Part shown: piece by piece, positions 8,408 to 15,824 of the stretch
How positions within the stretch are numbered: the first letter of the stretch is position 1
Layout: each line of letters begins with the position of its first letter
Source: a virus
Virus record (IMG/VR): IMGVR_UViG_3300034406_000036
Span: 4,668 to 68,667 of that record
Length of the DNA: 64,000 nt
Reading direction: 5' to 3' (one strand)
The notes under the pieces: generated by a model
Told to the model about the DNA's origin: nothing
What the model saw: only the letters and a program-made list of their open reading frames with translations
The model's database searches: none
Program-made: the position numbers and the translations under genes

Positions 8408-8816
8408 GAAAGTATTGCTGTATGAGCAGCTAAATGATGAGGAAAGAAAATATGGTGCTCTCCAAAAAACAATCGGAGAGTTATCAGCGGAAAAGGATGC
8501 CTGTAGGTGTCGAATCTTTAAAATAATTGATAAACTTTCTGGAAAAGACCAACCAGGAATATTTAAATGTGATTCAGGAATGAATCTTGGTCGAGTAATG
8601 GCGAAAACTACTCGATGCAATGAAGATAAATTGGAGAAATCTATTGACCGAAAAGTTTGGCTGGATATTACGGATGTTGTACGAATGGTAAATGAAGATA
8701 AGTTCCAAGCTGCTGTGGTTAATGGAACAATCCCGAAGAGTATTCTGGAATCTGTGATGGAAACAAAATTTACTCCAAGGATTTTATATAACAAAGTTAA
8801 AGAGAATGGAAAGTAG
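8397..8816 (+). CDS. hypothetical protein
   Basis: 139 aa, overlaps neighbours. Confidence 0.6.
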   Translation: MTVKKVLLYEQLNDEERKYGALQKTIGELSAEKDACRCRIFKIIDKLSGKDQPGIFKCDSGMNLGRVMAKTTRCNEDKLEKSIDRKVWLDITDVVRMVNEDKFQAAVVNGTIPKSILESVMETKFTPRILYNKVKENGK

Positions 8817-9069
8817 AAGAAGTATAATCGAAGAAGATAAGATTTCAAGGAAAAGATATATTAGTATTTGGAATCGCCCTTTTGAATTTAGTTGGTTGTG
8901 GATGAAAGAACCATTAGTAGTAAGAGGATTGATTCTCCCGATTATAGGTGGAATTGTATCTGCGGGATTTAGTATTAAAAATGGAGACATAACTTTTTCT
9001 CCTCAACTTTTTAATTTTAAGTTTAGCTTGAAGTGGGGAAAGAGAGCGAGCGAAAGAGGATTTTATTAA
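8806..9069 (+). CDS. hypothetical protein
   Basis: 87 aa. Confidence 0.5.
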   Translation: MESRRSIIEEDKISRKRYISIWNRPFEFSWLWMKEPLVVRGLILPIIGGIVSAGFSIKNGDITFSPQLFNFKFSLKWGKRASERGFY

Positions 9070-9072
9070 TAA

Positions 9073-9149
9073 GCTGGCGTAGCCCAATTGGCAGAGGCGA
9101 TGGTCTTAGAAGCCATGCGTTGTAGGTTCGAATCCTACCGTCAGTACCA
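9073..9149 (+). tRNA. tRNA-Leu(UAG), short variable loop
   Basis: ATGGT-CT-TAG-AA-GCCAT; ACCA. Confidence 0.92.
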
Positions 9150-9196
9150 AGAAAATGTCGTGATTTTTTTAGAAAAAATCATTGATAATAATAATA

Positions 9197-10430
9197 GGGA
9201 TTGGTGAGGAGTTGTGGATAAACGGGTGCGGATGTAAAACTGAAAGGGTATCCGAGTAGCCAATCTCACAAAAAAGAAAGGAAGGTGATTACTAAGGGTA
9301 ACTAAATAATTGAGTGTGTAATTAGTAAATTGTTTATTTGTAGATTTTTGTTGATAGGTTAAAAAAATTAGGAGGTGTGTTTTCAAGAGCTAAAAAGGAT
9401 TGAGTAAGTTTGTTTGATTAGTAGTTTAAAAATTGAAAGTGGGAACCAAGCGCAAAGGTTAACAAGTGGGCTTCGGATTTACGGACTGTGGGTTCGGTTC
9501 GTCGGTGTAGATAATTTTGAAGATTTGGGTTCGAGACCCAAGCTTCCGCGCAAGGGGTTAGTTCAACGGGGAGAATAGCGAAATTATACTGAATAATCTT
9601 CGGTAGTGAAGAGACTCAGGTCTTATCATGGGCTGTCCCACAAGGGGCATTACTCAATATAACACCAGGAGTATGCCGAAGTTGGAATGGTAAGCGTATA
9701 GGAGAATGGGTCTTACCAGTACAATCGTGGGGTTCGATTGTAAGCGCGCATACGGGAAGGTGGTCACGAAAGCTGTAGTGCTGGAACCGTAGAAGGGTAC
9801 CACTGCGACGAGTTGTGATGGGTTGATTCGTTAATCGTGGAAGGTAGTGCTGGAAAGCGAAAGGGACTACCAAGTGAGTAATGTCGGGTTAAGGCTCACA
9901 ATAGGATTTAATTAATTTGGCAGGTTGTCACGCATAGGAAATACGGTTGTCAAAACTCTAGAGTGTTTGGATATTCTGAAAGAGAGGGAACCGTCACGGA
10001 TGAAGTTTGAGGGTTTACGTTCATCCAAATTATTTTAGCTGGGGCGATTACACGCCGCGTTGGGAAGTGTAATCAGGTAGACGAAGGGTGGGTACCGTCT
10101 ATCATGCCGATAATAAATGCTGGAGACATGGTAGTGTCTGGTAACAATTGTTCTGAGCCAAGGAAAGGACTCAGATAAGTTCGATTCTTATCCCTTGCAG
10201 GAATTTATTAGGACTACCATCCGAAAGATTTCTAGAACAATTGAGTAGAGGGAGAGCTGTGTTGTCGGAAGTATGGAGCTAGGTGGGGAATCTAGCCCAG
10301 CATTATTATGAATTTTGTTCTCCCTGTTGAGCTACGGGCGCGATAGGCCTCACTGTCATGGAGGTATACGGGAAAGACAACGCCAATTATATTTTATTCC
10401 TCTAGGGAGTTGTCGTGCAAGTATTGGGGT
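9197..10430 (+). ncRNA. Giant ornate non-coding RNA candidate (GOLLD/ROOL-like size and context, family unassigned)
   Basis: About 1.2 kb with no + strand ORF in a gene-dense genome; starts after a promoter-like motif (9160-9189) and ends at the next promoter; many hairpins, a repeated module, two T-loops and a candidate pseudoknot. Confidence 0.75.
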
Positions 10431-10435
10431 TTAGC

Positions 10436-10464
10436 TTGCTTTTATTTTAAATTTATGGTATAAT
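10436..10464 (+). promoter_or_regulatory. sigma70-type promoter, extended -10
   Basis: TTGCTT-17nt-TATAAT with TGn before the -10. Confidence 0.75.
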
Positions 10465-10480
10465 AATAATAGAGGTTGAT

Positions 10481-10693
10481 ATGCAGTTTAGGTACGGAAT
10501 AACAGAACCATTCGAAGCTGAAAATCGGGAAGAAGCTGAAAGGATTGTAATCGAAAGGATGGAAGCCAAGGAATATCATCCTGGTAGAACTTATTGCTAT
10601 CTTCCCTTTCTTCTGCGTTCAGAAGAAGACCCGCCTTTACGATTTCTTGAAACTCCAGAAGAAATTCAGGAGTATTTGGAGGGGAAGAATTAG
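10481..10693 (+). CDS. hypothetical protein
   Basis: 70 aa, RBS GAGG. Confidence 0.6.
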   Translation: MQFRYGITEPFEAENREEAERIVIERMEAKEYHPGRTYCYLPFLLRSEEDPPLRFLETPEEIQEYLEGKN

Positions 10694-11190
10694 TGAATAT
10701 TTATATACACGATGATACTACTTACAGTGGATTTATAAACAGAGGTTCACAGGCAGCTTATTCTTTTCATAGTCAATGGAAAAGGGGTACTGATAGCCCT
10801 ATTTGTTTGGAGTTAACTCTTGGTGATAACTATGATATTCTTGAATTAATTAATAATAAACAAGTTGACCATTTTCATTATCATCGTGGTAAAAGAGCTT
10901 ATAATCGACACAAGAAAGAAGCCATGTATTATTTCGGTTATAAGGTTCCGACTAAAAAAGAGAAACCAACAAAGAAAATTATTTATTCTGATTCAATTTA
11001 TAATCCACTCAAAATAGCGGAAATTAAAGTAAATGGAAAGTTATTGCCCAACGGGAATCATTTAAGCGGATGTAAGTACACTGATTATTCAGAAGATAAA
11101 GCAAAGCTCGTGGAAGAGTATAATAAGATTTTTACTGAATGGGAAAATAAAAGAAAAGAATTTAGAGAGAAAATATTCGAGTCGGTGTAG
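10693..11190 (+). CDS. hypothetical protein
   Basis: 165 aa; stop codon lies inside the next tRNA. Confidence 0.6.
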   Translation: MNIYIHDDTTYSGFINRGSQAAYSFHSQWKRGTDSPICLELTLGDNYDILELINNKQVDHFHYHRGKRAYNRHKKEAMYYFGYKVPTKKEKPTKKIIYSDSIYNPLKIAEIKVNGKLLPNGNHLSGCKYTDYSEDKAKLVEEYNKIFTEWENKRKEFREKIFESV

Positions 11191-11259
11191 TCCAACTTCG
11201 GTAGAGACAATAGGCTTAAACCCTATCCAGTGTGGGTTCGAATCCCACCGCCGATACCA
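11181..11259 (+). tRNA. tRNA-Leu(UAA), short variable loop
   Basis: ATAGG-CT-TAA-AC-CCTAT; ACCA. Confidence 0.92.
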
Positions 11260-11303
11260 AACAAACTAATATTAAATCTAAATGGATTTAATATTTTATA
11301 TAG

Positions 11304-11543
11304 ATGAGTAATTATCAATATATAACATGCCCATATTGCAATAGGAGGTTTCGTGCAGGTTTTCCATATAATGTTGATTTACATAGACATACTTGTTTGG
11401 CAGATTGCAAGTGGTGCGGGAAAACTTTTAAGATAATTTGGGAACATAGAGGTTTTCCGATTCAAATGATATTTAAACCAGGATATGCCAAAAATATGGT
11501 AAAAATGCCCGATGGTACTATCCGATATAGGAGAAGTTATTAA
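11304..11543 (+). CDS. small zinc-ribbon protein
   Basis: CPYC..CKWC. Confidence 0.55.
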   Translation: MSNYQYITCPYCNRRFRAGFPYNVDLHRHTCLADCKWCGKTFKIIWEHRGFPIQMIFKPGYAKNMVKMPDGTIRYRRSY

Positions 11544-11791
11544 TGCCCTACGCTGACCCAGAAAAAAGACCCGAATTAGATTTAATTGTTGAATTAATGC
11601 GTGAAAAAGATATTAAAGCAGACGGGGATTTAAATTATATTTTATTTGCTTATTGTAAAAGGTATATAAAACCAAGTTATAATAACTATAAAAATTATTG
11701 TGGAGAATTGAGGCAATGTGCGACGGAGATTGAGAGAAGATTGCTCGGGCCTTATGAAGATTTAAAAATAAAGGAAAACGGTGATGTTTGA
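11543..11791 (+). CDS. conserved phage hypothetical protein
   Basis: MPY..GDLNY..ERRLLGPYEDLKIKENGDV. Confidence 0.65.
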   Translation: MPYADPEKRPELDLIVELMREKDIKADGDLNYILFAYCKRYIKPSYNNYKNYCGELRQCATEIERRLLGPYEDLKIKENGDV

Positions 11792-12182
11792 TAATAGAAG
11801 ACCTTTAGTTTTCGGGCCAGGAAGTGGCCATGAGATGCATTGTGAATTTTGTGGTTATTGGGGTAATAGTTATTATCATAGACATTGTTCTGGTGGAACT
11901 TGTCATGTTTGTAAGTGGGCTCATTCCCATGATAAATGTTATCAATGTGACCGAATAATATGCGATGAATGCTCTTTATTCGAGCCAATTTTGGACGAGA
12001 CACTATGCCCAAATTGTTCTGCAGTATATAGGGGACAAGAAATCCCAAAATCAAAGAAACGAAAATGTGATTGTTGGGATTGCGAACGTAAAAGGGAAAA
12101 GGAAAGAGAACTTAAAAAAATTCAAGATAAAACCCAACGTTTTCTAAAGCGTATGGGATGGGATTTATTAATCAAAGGTTAA
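11781..12182 (+). CDS. Cys-rich hypothetical protein
   Basis: Multiple CxxC pairs. Confidence 0.55.
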   Translation: MMFDNRRPLVFGPGSGHEMHCEFCGYWGNSYYHRHCSGGTCHVCKWAHSHDKCYQCDRIICDECSLFEPILDETLCPNCSAVYRGQEIPKSKKRKCDCWDCERKREKERELKKIQDKTQRFLKRMGWDLLIKG

Positions 12183-12258
12183 CAAAGTTAAGCAGTCCTT
12201 AGTGGTAGGAGGATACTGCTGTGAAAATAAGCTTTGTTCAACCTTGCTAGGAGCATAA

Positions 12259-12462
12259 ATGGCAGTGGATGTAATTCAATATTTAGGTGAAAAATCTGGG
12301 GTTGAGGAAGCACAAGGATGGAATGGTGCTGGATGGTATTTCTGGGATGAGACTTGGGGGTATTGCCACGGGCCCGAACCAACATTTCTAGAAGCCCATA
12401 AACAACTTCAAGAATATATAAAATGGTTAAATAGCGCCGAACATCCAGGCAAGGTGAAATAA
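12259..12462 (+). CDS. hypothetical protein
   Basis: 67 aa, GWYFWDETW..HGP; RBS AGGAG. Confidence 0.6.
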   Translation: MAVDVIQYLGEKSGVEEAQGWNGAGWYFWDETWGYCHGPEPTFLEAHKQLQEYIKWLNSAEHPGKVK

Positions 12463-12559
12463 AAATGAAGTTATTACGTGGGGTTGGATAGCATTAGTTG
12501 GTTCTCTAGTATGTTTTGGAGTAGATAACATATTAGATGCCATTAATAAGGATAAATAA

Positions 12560-13324
12560 ATGGAAAGATTATTAGTAGCATCAGAATATACTGAACCTGC
12601 ATTTTATGTAGATAAAGTAAATAAAAATTTAGATAAAGAACTAGAGAAACATAAATGCGGTCTTTTATTAATAACTAAAGATATTGAAAACAGTACTCCA
12701 ATTTATGAACACGCTCTTGCTTGTGGTGTTCCTTGCGTTGTTCATATTACAGTCACTGGATTAAGTTTAACAAAGATAGAACCTAATACGCCAGCTTGGG
12801 AAGATGTAATTACTGGAGACATACCACGATTTCTAGAAAAGGTTGGCAATAAGGAAAATGTAGTAATTAGAATAGACCCATTAGTTCCCGATGTCACAGA
12901 TTGGAGATTTATCGAAGAGATTTTAAAACATGCAGGACATTATGGAATAACTAGATGCAGGACTTCAATCGTTGATTATTATCCATTTGTAAGAGAAAAA
13001 TTTAATAAAGTAGGAGCTAAAACGTTTGGAGATGATTTTATAGCTCCGTTACCTTACAGAATGGAAATGTTAACTCGAATATGTAGAATGGCCAAAAAGT
13101 ATGAAATTGAAGTTGAATCCTGTGCGGAGAATATTGAAATAGAAGAATTAAAGAAGGTAGGTTGTGCTGATAGAAAGGAATGGCAAGCACTAGGACTAGA
13201 TGCTCAACCAGGAATGGCTAGAAGGACAACTTGCTTTTGTAATTTAAATAAATTTGATTTATTAAATAGAGAAAAAGAATGCCCGTTCAATTGTTTATAT
13301 TGTTATTGGGGCAAAGAACGGTAG
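12560..13324 (+). CDS. DUF1848-like (radical SAM / photoproduct lyase-like fold) protein
   Basis: ITVTG..IEPN, VIRIDPL, SCAE, C-terminal CFC..CPFNCLYCYW. Confidence 0.7.
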   Translation: MERLLVASEYTEPAFYVDKVNKNLDKELEKHKCGLLLITKDIENSTPIYEHALACGVPCVVHITVTGLSLTKIEPNTPAWEDVITGDIPRFLEKVGNKENVVIRIDPLVPDVTDWRFIEEILKHAGHYGITRCRTSIVDYYPFVREKFNKVGAKTFGDDFIAPLPYRMEMLTRICRMAKKYEIEVESCAENIEIEELKKVGCADRKEWQALGLDAQPGMARRTTCFCNLNKFDLLNREKECPFNCLYCYWGKER

Positions 13325-13414
13325 TGTCTTTTTAGAAAAAAGATGTTATAATAAAATACTAGATTGAAATGTTTTTTCCTAAAATTTTGGTTTTATCAAA
13401 ATATGTGATATAAT
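13324..13414 (+). promoter_or_regulatory. Two tandem sigma70-type promoters upstream of the Ro60 gene
   Basis: GTGTCT-17nt-TATAAT (13324-13352) and TTGGTT-16nt-TATAAT (13387-13414), both with TGn before the -10. Confidence 0.6.
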
Positions 13415-13466
13415 AAAATTAGGAAAATCAGTAAAGCAAAGCGGCAATTATAGGAGGTAAAATTTT

Positions 13467-15032
13467 ATGCAAAGAAACAAAGTATCTGAGCTGTATGGAA
13501 GTAGAAATCCATATTCCGAAACAAAGAAAAGAAACTACGAAGGAGCTCCAACGTTCGCATCAACACCAGAGGAACAACTTTTGTGTGTTTTGATGACAGG
13601 AACAATGGAGGACACATTTTATGTTAGCCAAAAGGAATTAGCAGAGGATGCTATCACTCTGTTCAAGTACTTTGCAGTAGCTGACCCAGAGTTTCTTGCA
13701 AAGGCAATCGTTTATGCAAGAAATGATGGATTTATGAGATTCTCTCCAATTAGTGCGTTGGTAGTATTATCAACTGCAACAAACAAGGAGTACTTTAAGC
13801 AAGCATTCCCAAGGACAATCCGAACTCCTGGTGACCTACAAGATTTTGTAGCAATCGTGAGAACAGGCAAGATTCGGGGTATGGGAAGAGTAATCAAGGA
13901 AGCTGTAAATGATTGGCTGGCAAACCTTTCAGAATATCATATCATCAAGTATGGTTCTGGAAATCAAGCTATGTCTTTGCGAGATATCTATAGGATGACT
14001 CGACCAAAGCCAATGGACAATCTACAACTTGCAAAGGCAAAGTATATTGTAAATGGTGAACTTGCTGGTGAGGGGTTAGAACAACTAGCAACTTATGAAA
14101 GATTTAAGAAGGAAGGAAGGGACGAAAAGAATGCCATCACTTTGATTAGGGAAGGTAGACTTCCTTATGAGGTAGTAACTGCAATCGCTCCTTCAACTGA
14201 AGCTGTATGGGCAGAATTGCTTCGACAAGCACCATATATGAATCTAATCCGAAATCTAAATAACTTTGATAAGTATGACGTATTTAAGGATAGCGAAGCT
14301 GTTGAATATGCAGTAAATGTTATTGCTGATGAAAATAGAGTAAAGAATTCAATGCAATTCCCATTTAGATTCTTTGCTGCTGCGCAGGAATTTGGTGGAA
14401 AGAATCAAAAGATTACTGAGGCTTTGCATGAGGCTTTGGAAATCTCATTGGGCAATATCCCAGACCTTGGAAATAGTACACTAGCTTCAAACGATATTTC
14501 TGGTTCAATGAGCCAAAATATTTCACCAAGGTCAAAGGTTACTGCAGCAAACATTGCTGGAATCTTTGCAGCTGCTGTTTTCAAGAAGGCAAAGGACGGA
14601 AGAATCATTTCATTCGAAGCGAAAGCTCATCGAAGAAATGTTTCAACAAGGGATAGTATGCTTTCAATTGCAAAGGCAGTTGGGACAGCAAGTTATGGAG
14701 CTACCGCAGCTTCTGCACCAATTCTTCAACTATGTGATAGGAAGGAATTCGTTGATACAATCATAATGATGACGGACAGCGAATCATGGGCTGATAGATG
14801 GGTTGGAGATTCACCAGGAACTGTTGGTGCTCTTAGAAAGTATAAGGCAGAGATAAATCCTGAAGTAAAGACTTTCCTTATTCAATTAATGCCTTATGGT
14901 CATAGATTGGTTGAGGAGTCAGAACCAAACTGTAATTACATTTATGGTTGGTCACCTGATGTAGTAAGATATATTGGGTATCAGGTGGAAAGTCAAACCC
15001 AACTTGAAAAAGTAAAAGCAATAGAATTATAG
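13467..15032 (+). CDS. Ro60/Rsr-like TROVE + vWA RNA-binding protein
   Basis: 521 aa; N-terminal NYEGAPTF, TFY, YARNDGFMR, LIRNLNN, FPFRF; vWA MIDAS DISGSM and TDSESW, IYGWS. Confidence 0.92.
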   Translation: MQRNKVSELYGSRNPYSETKKRNYEGAPTFASTPEEQLLCVLMTGTMEDTFYVSQKELAEDAITLFKYFAVADPEFLAKAIVYARNDGFMRFSPISALVVLSTATNKEYFKQAFPRTIRTPGDLQDFVAIVRTGKIRGMGRVIKEAVNDWLANLSEYHIIKYGSGNQAMSLRDIYRMTRPKPMDNLQLAKAKYIVNGELAGEGLEQLATYERFKKEGRDEKNAITLIREGRLPYEVVTAIAPSTEAVWAELLRQAPYMNLIRNLNNFDKYDVFKDSEAVEYAVNVIADENRVKNSMQFPFRFFAAAQEFGGKNQKITEALHEALEISLGNIPDLGNSTLASNDISGSMSQNISPRSKVTAANIAGIFAAAVFKKAKDGRIISFEAKAHRRNVSTRDSMLSIAKAVGTASYGATAASAPILQLCDRKEFVDTIIMMTDSESWADRWVGDSPGTVGALRKYKAEINPEVKTFLIQLMPYGHRLVEESEPNCNYIYGWSPDVVRYIGYQVESQTQLEKVKAIEL

Positions 15033-15041
15033 ATAATAAAT

Positions 15042-15096
15042 AGAGGTGTAGATAGGGATACTTCGTGCTGTGAAAGGCCTTATCAACCCTTCCTCT
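15042..15096 (+). ncRNA. Y-RNA-like unit 1 (minimal scaffold)
   Basis: AGAGG/CCTCT, GATAGGG/CCTTATC, ATACTTCG. Confidence 0.75.
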
Positions 15097-15115
15097 TTTT
15101 AAAATTGAATAATAT

Positions 15116-15193
15116 AGAGGTGACAGTAGGGATACTTCGTTGCAGAAACAAAACTCTAACACAGTTTTAGGTGCCTTACTAATTACTTCCTCT
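15116..15193 (+). ncRNA. Y-RNA-like unit 2
   Basis: AGAGG/CCTCT, AGTAGGG/CCTTACT, ATACTTCG; variable hairpin AAAACT/AGTTTT. Confidence 0.75.
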
Positions 15194-15210
15194 TAAAAAA
15201 AAGAATAGTC

Positions 15211-15279
15211 AGGGGTGCTGGTATGGGTTACTTCGTTTTAACTATTGGAAACTTTTTGTGCCTAACCGAACTTTCCTCT
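15211..15279 (+). ncRNA. Y-RNA-like unit 3
   Basis: AGGGG/CCTCT, GGTATGGGT/GCCTAACC, TTACTTCG. Confidence 0.72.
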
Positions 15280-15296
15280 CAATTAAGGAATCTACT

Positions 15297-15423
15297 TGGG
15301 GTGTCTGGTAGAGTTACTTCGCCTTGAAATGCGCGTGGTCGGGTTCGAATCCTGAATCCCCTATTTAAAGGGGATGAGCTCGTGGTTGAGCACGTACTGT
15401 TTTCTTTATCAACCTTTTCCCCA
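15297..15423 (+). ncRNA. YrlA-type Y RNA with permuted tRNA-like domain (unit 4)
   Basis: TGGGG/CCCCA, GGTAGAG/CTTTATC, TTACTTCG; T-arm TCGGG-TTCGAAT-CCTGA, closed acceptor ATCCCCT/AGGGGAT, D-arm GCTC-GTGGTT-GAGC. Confidence 0.88.
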
Positions 15424-15435
15424 TAAATAAACAAA

Positions 15436-15520
15436 AAAGATTTAATGAATTTCTTTTAAAAAATCCTCTGAGTTACGGGGCTATAAGCGGCGCGAAAGCA
15501 AAGAAATTCATTAAATCTTT
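15436..15520. repeat. Perfect 21-bp inverted repeat enclosing a 43-nt insert inside the Y-RNA array
   Basis: AAAGATTTAATGAATTTCTTT(15436-15456)/AAAGAAATTCATTAAATCTTT(15500-15520). Confidence 0.9.
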
Positions 15521-15521
15521 A

Positions 15522-15633
15522 TTGAGGTGTCTGTGGAGATACTTCGACCACCAAAATCGGTTAACGTTGGACGAGCTTTCTGCGAATGCGGTAAGTACCA
15601 ACGATAATAGTGCTTCACAAAAGCTTTCCTCAA
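15522..15633 (+). ncRNA. Y-RNA-like unit 5
   Basis: TTGAGG/CCTCAA, TGTGGAG/CTTCACA, ATACTTCG; variable domain CGTTGG/CCAACG enclosing CTGC-GAAT-GCGG. Confidence 0.75.
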
Positions 15634-15648
15634 AAAAGAAAACTAAAT

Positions 15649-15784
15649 ATGAGGTGTAGGTAGAGTTACTTCGGTACATTCAATGAGAAACACATTGCTA
15701 TCAGGTTCAAATCCTGAAAAAGAAACCAACGCATTAATTCATAGAGAATTATGGTTTCAGTAAACTTTATCGATTCTTCCTCAT
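15649..15784 (+). ncRNA. Y-RNA-like unit 6 with degenerate tRNA-like domain
   Basis: ATGAGG/CCTCAT, GGTAGAGTT/AACTTTATC, TTACTTCG; T-arm TCAGG-TTCAAAT-CCTGA. Confidence 0.78.
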
Positions 15785-15824
15785 TAAGAAAAGCAAGGAG
15801 CCCAAGAAGTGATGAGAGTAAAAT

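Noticed and set aside
9616-9873. 85-aa minus-strand ORF in the giant non-coding region
   Set aside because: Opposite to the strand used by all other genes, atypical composition, and overlapping dense RNA structure.
9540-10200. tmRNA or group I intron-containing tRNA
   Set aside because: No G3.U70 Ala acceptor with CCA, no clear tag reading frame, and no group I core elements recognised.
15457-15499. Hammerhead or twister ribozyme in the inverted-repeat loop
   Set aside because: CTGAG and GAAA are present but the CUGANGA core and required stems or pseudoknots are not.
15042-15784. CRISPR array (repeats plus variable inserts, Cas4-like gene at 30181)
   Set aside because: The repeats are degenerate and split into two halves that pair around the insert, insert lengths vary widely, and no cas operon is present. 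The Cas4-like gene sits in a recombination cluster.
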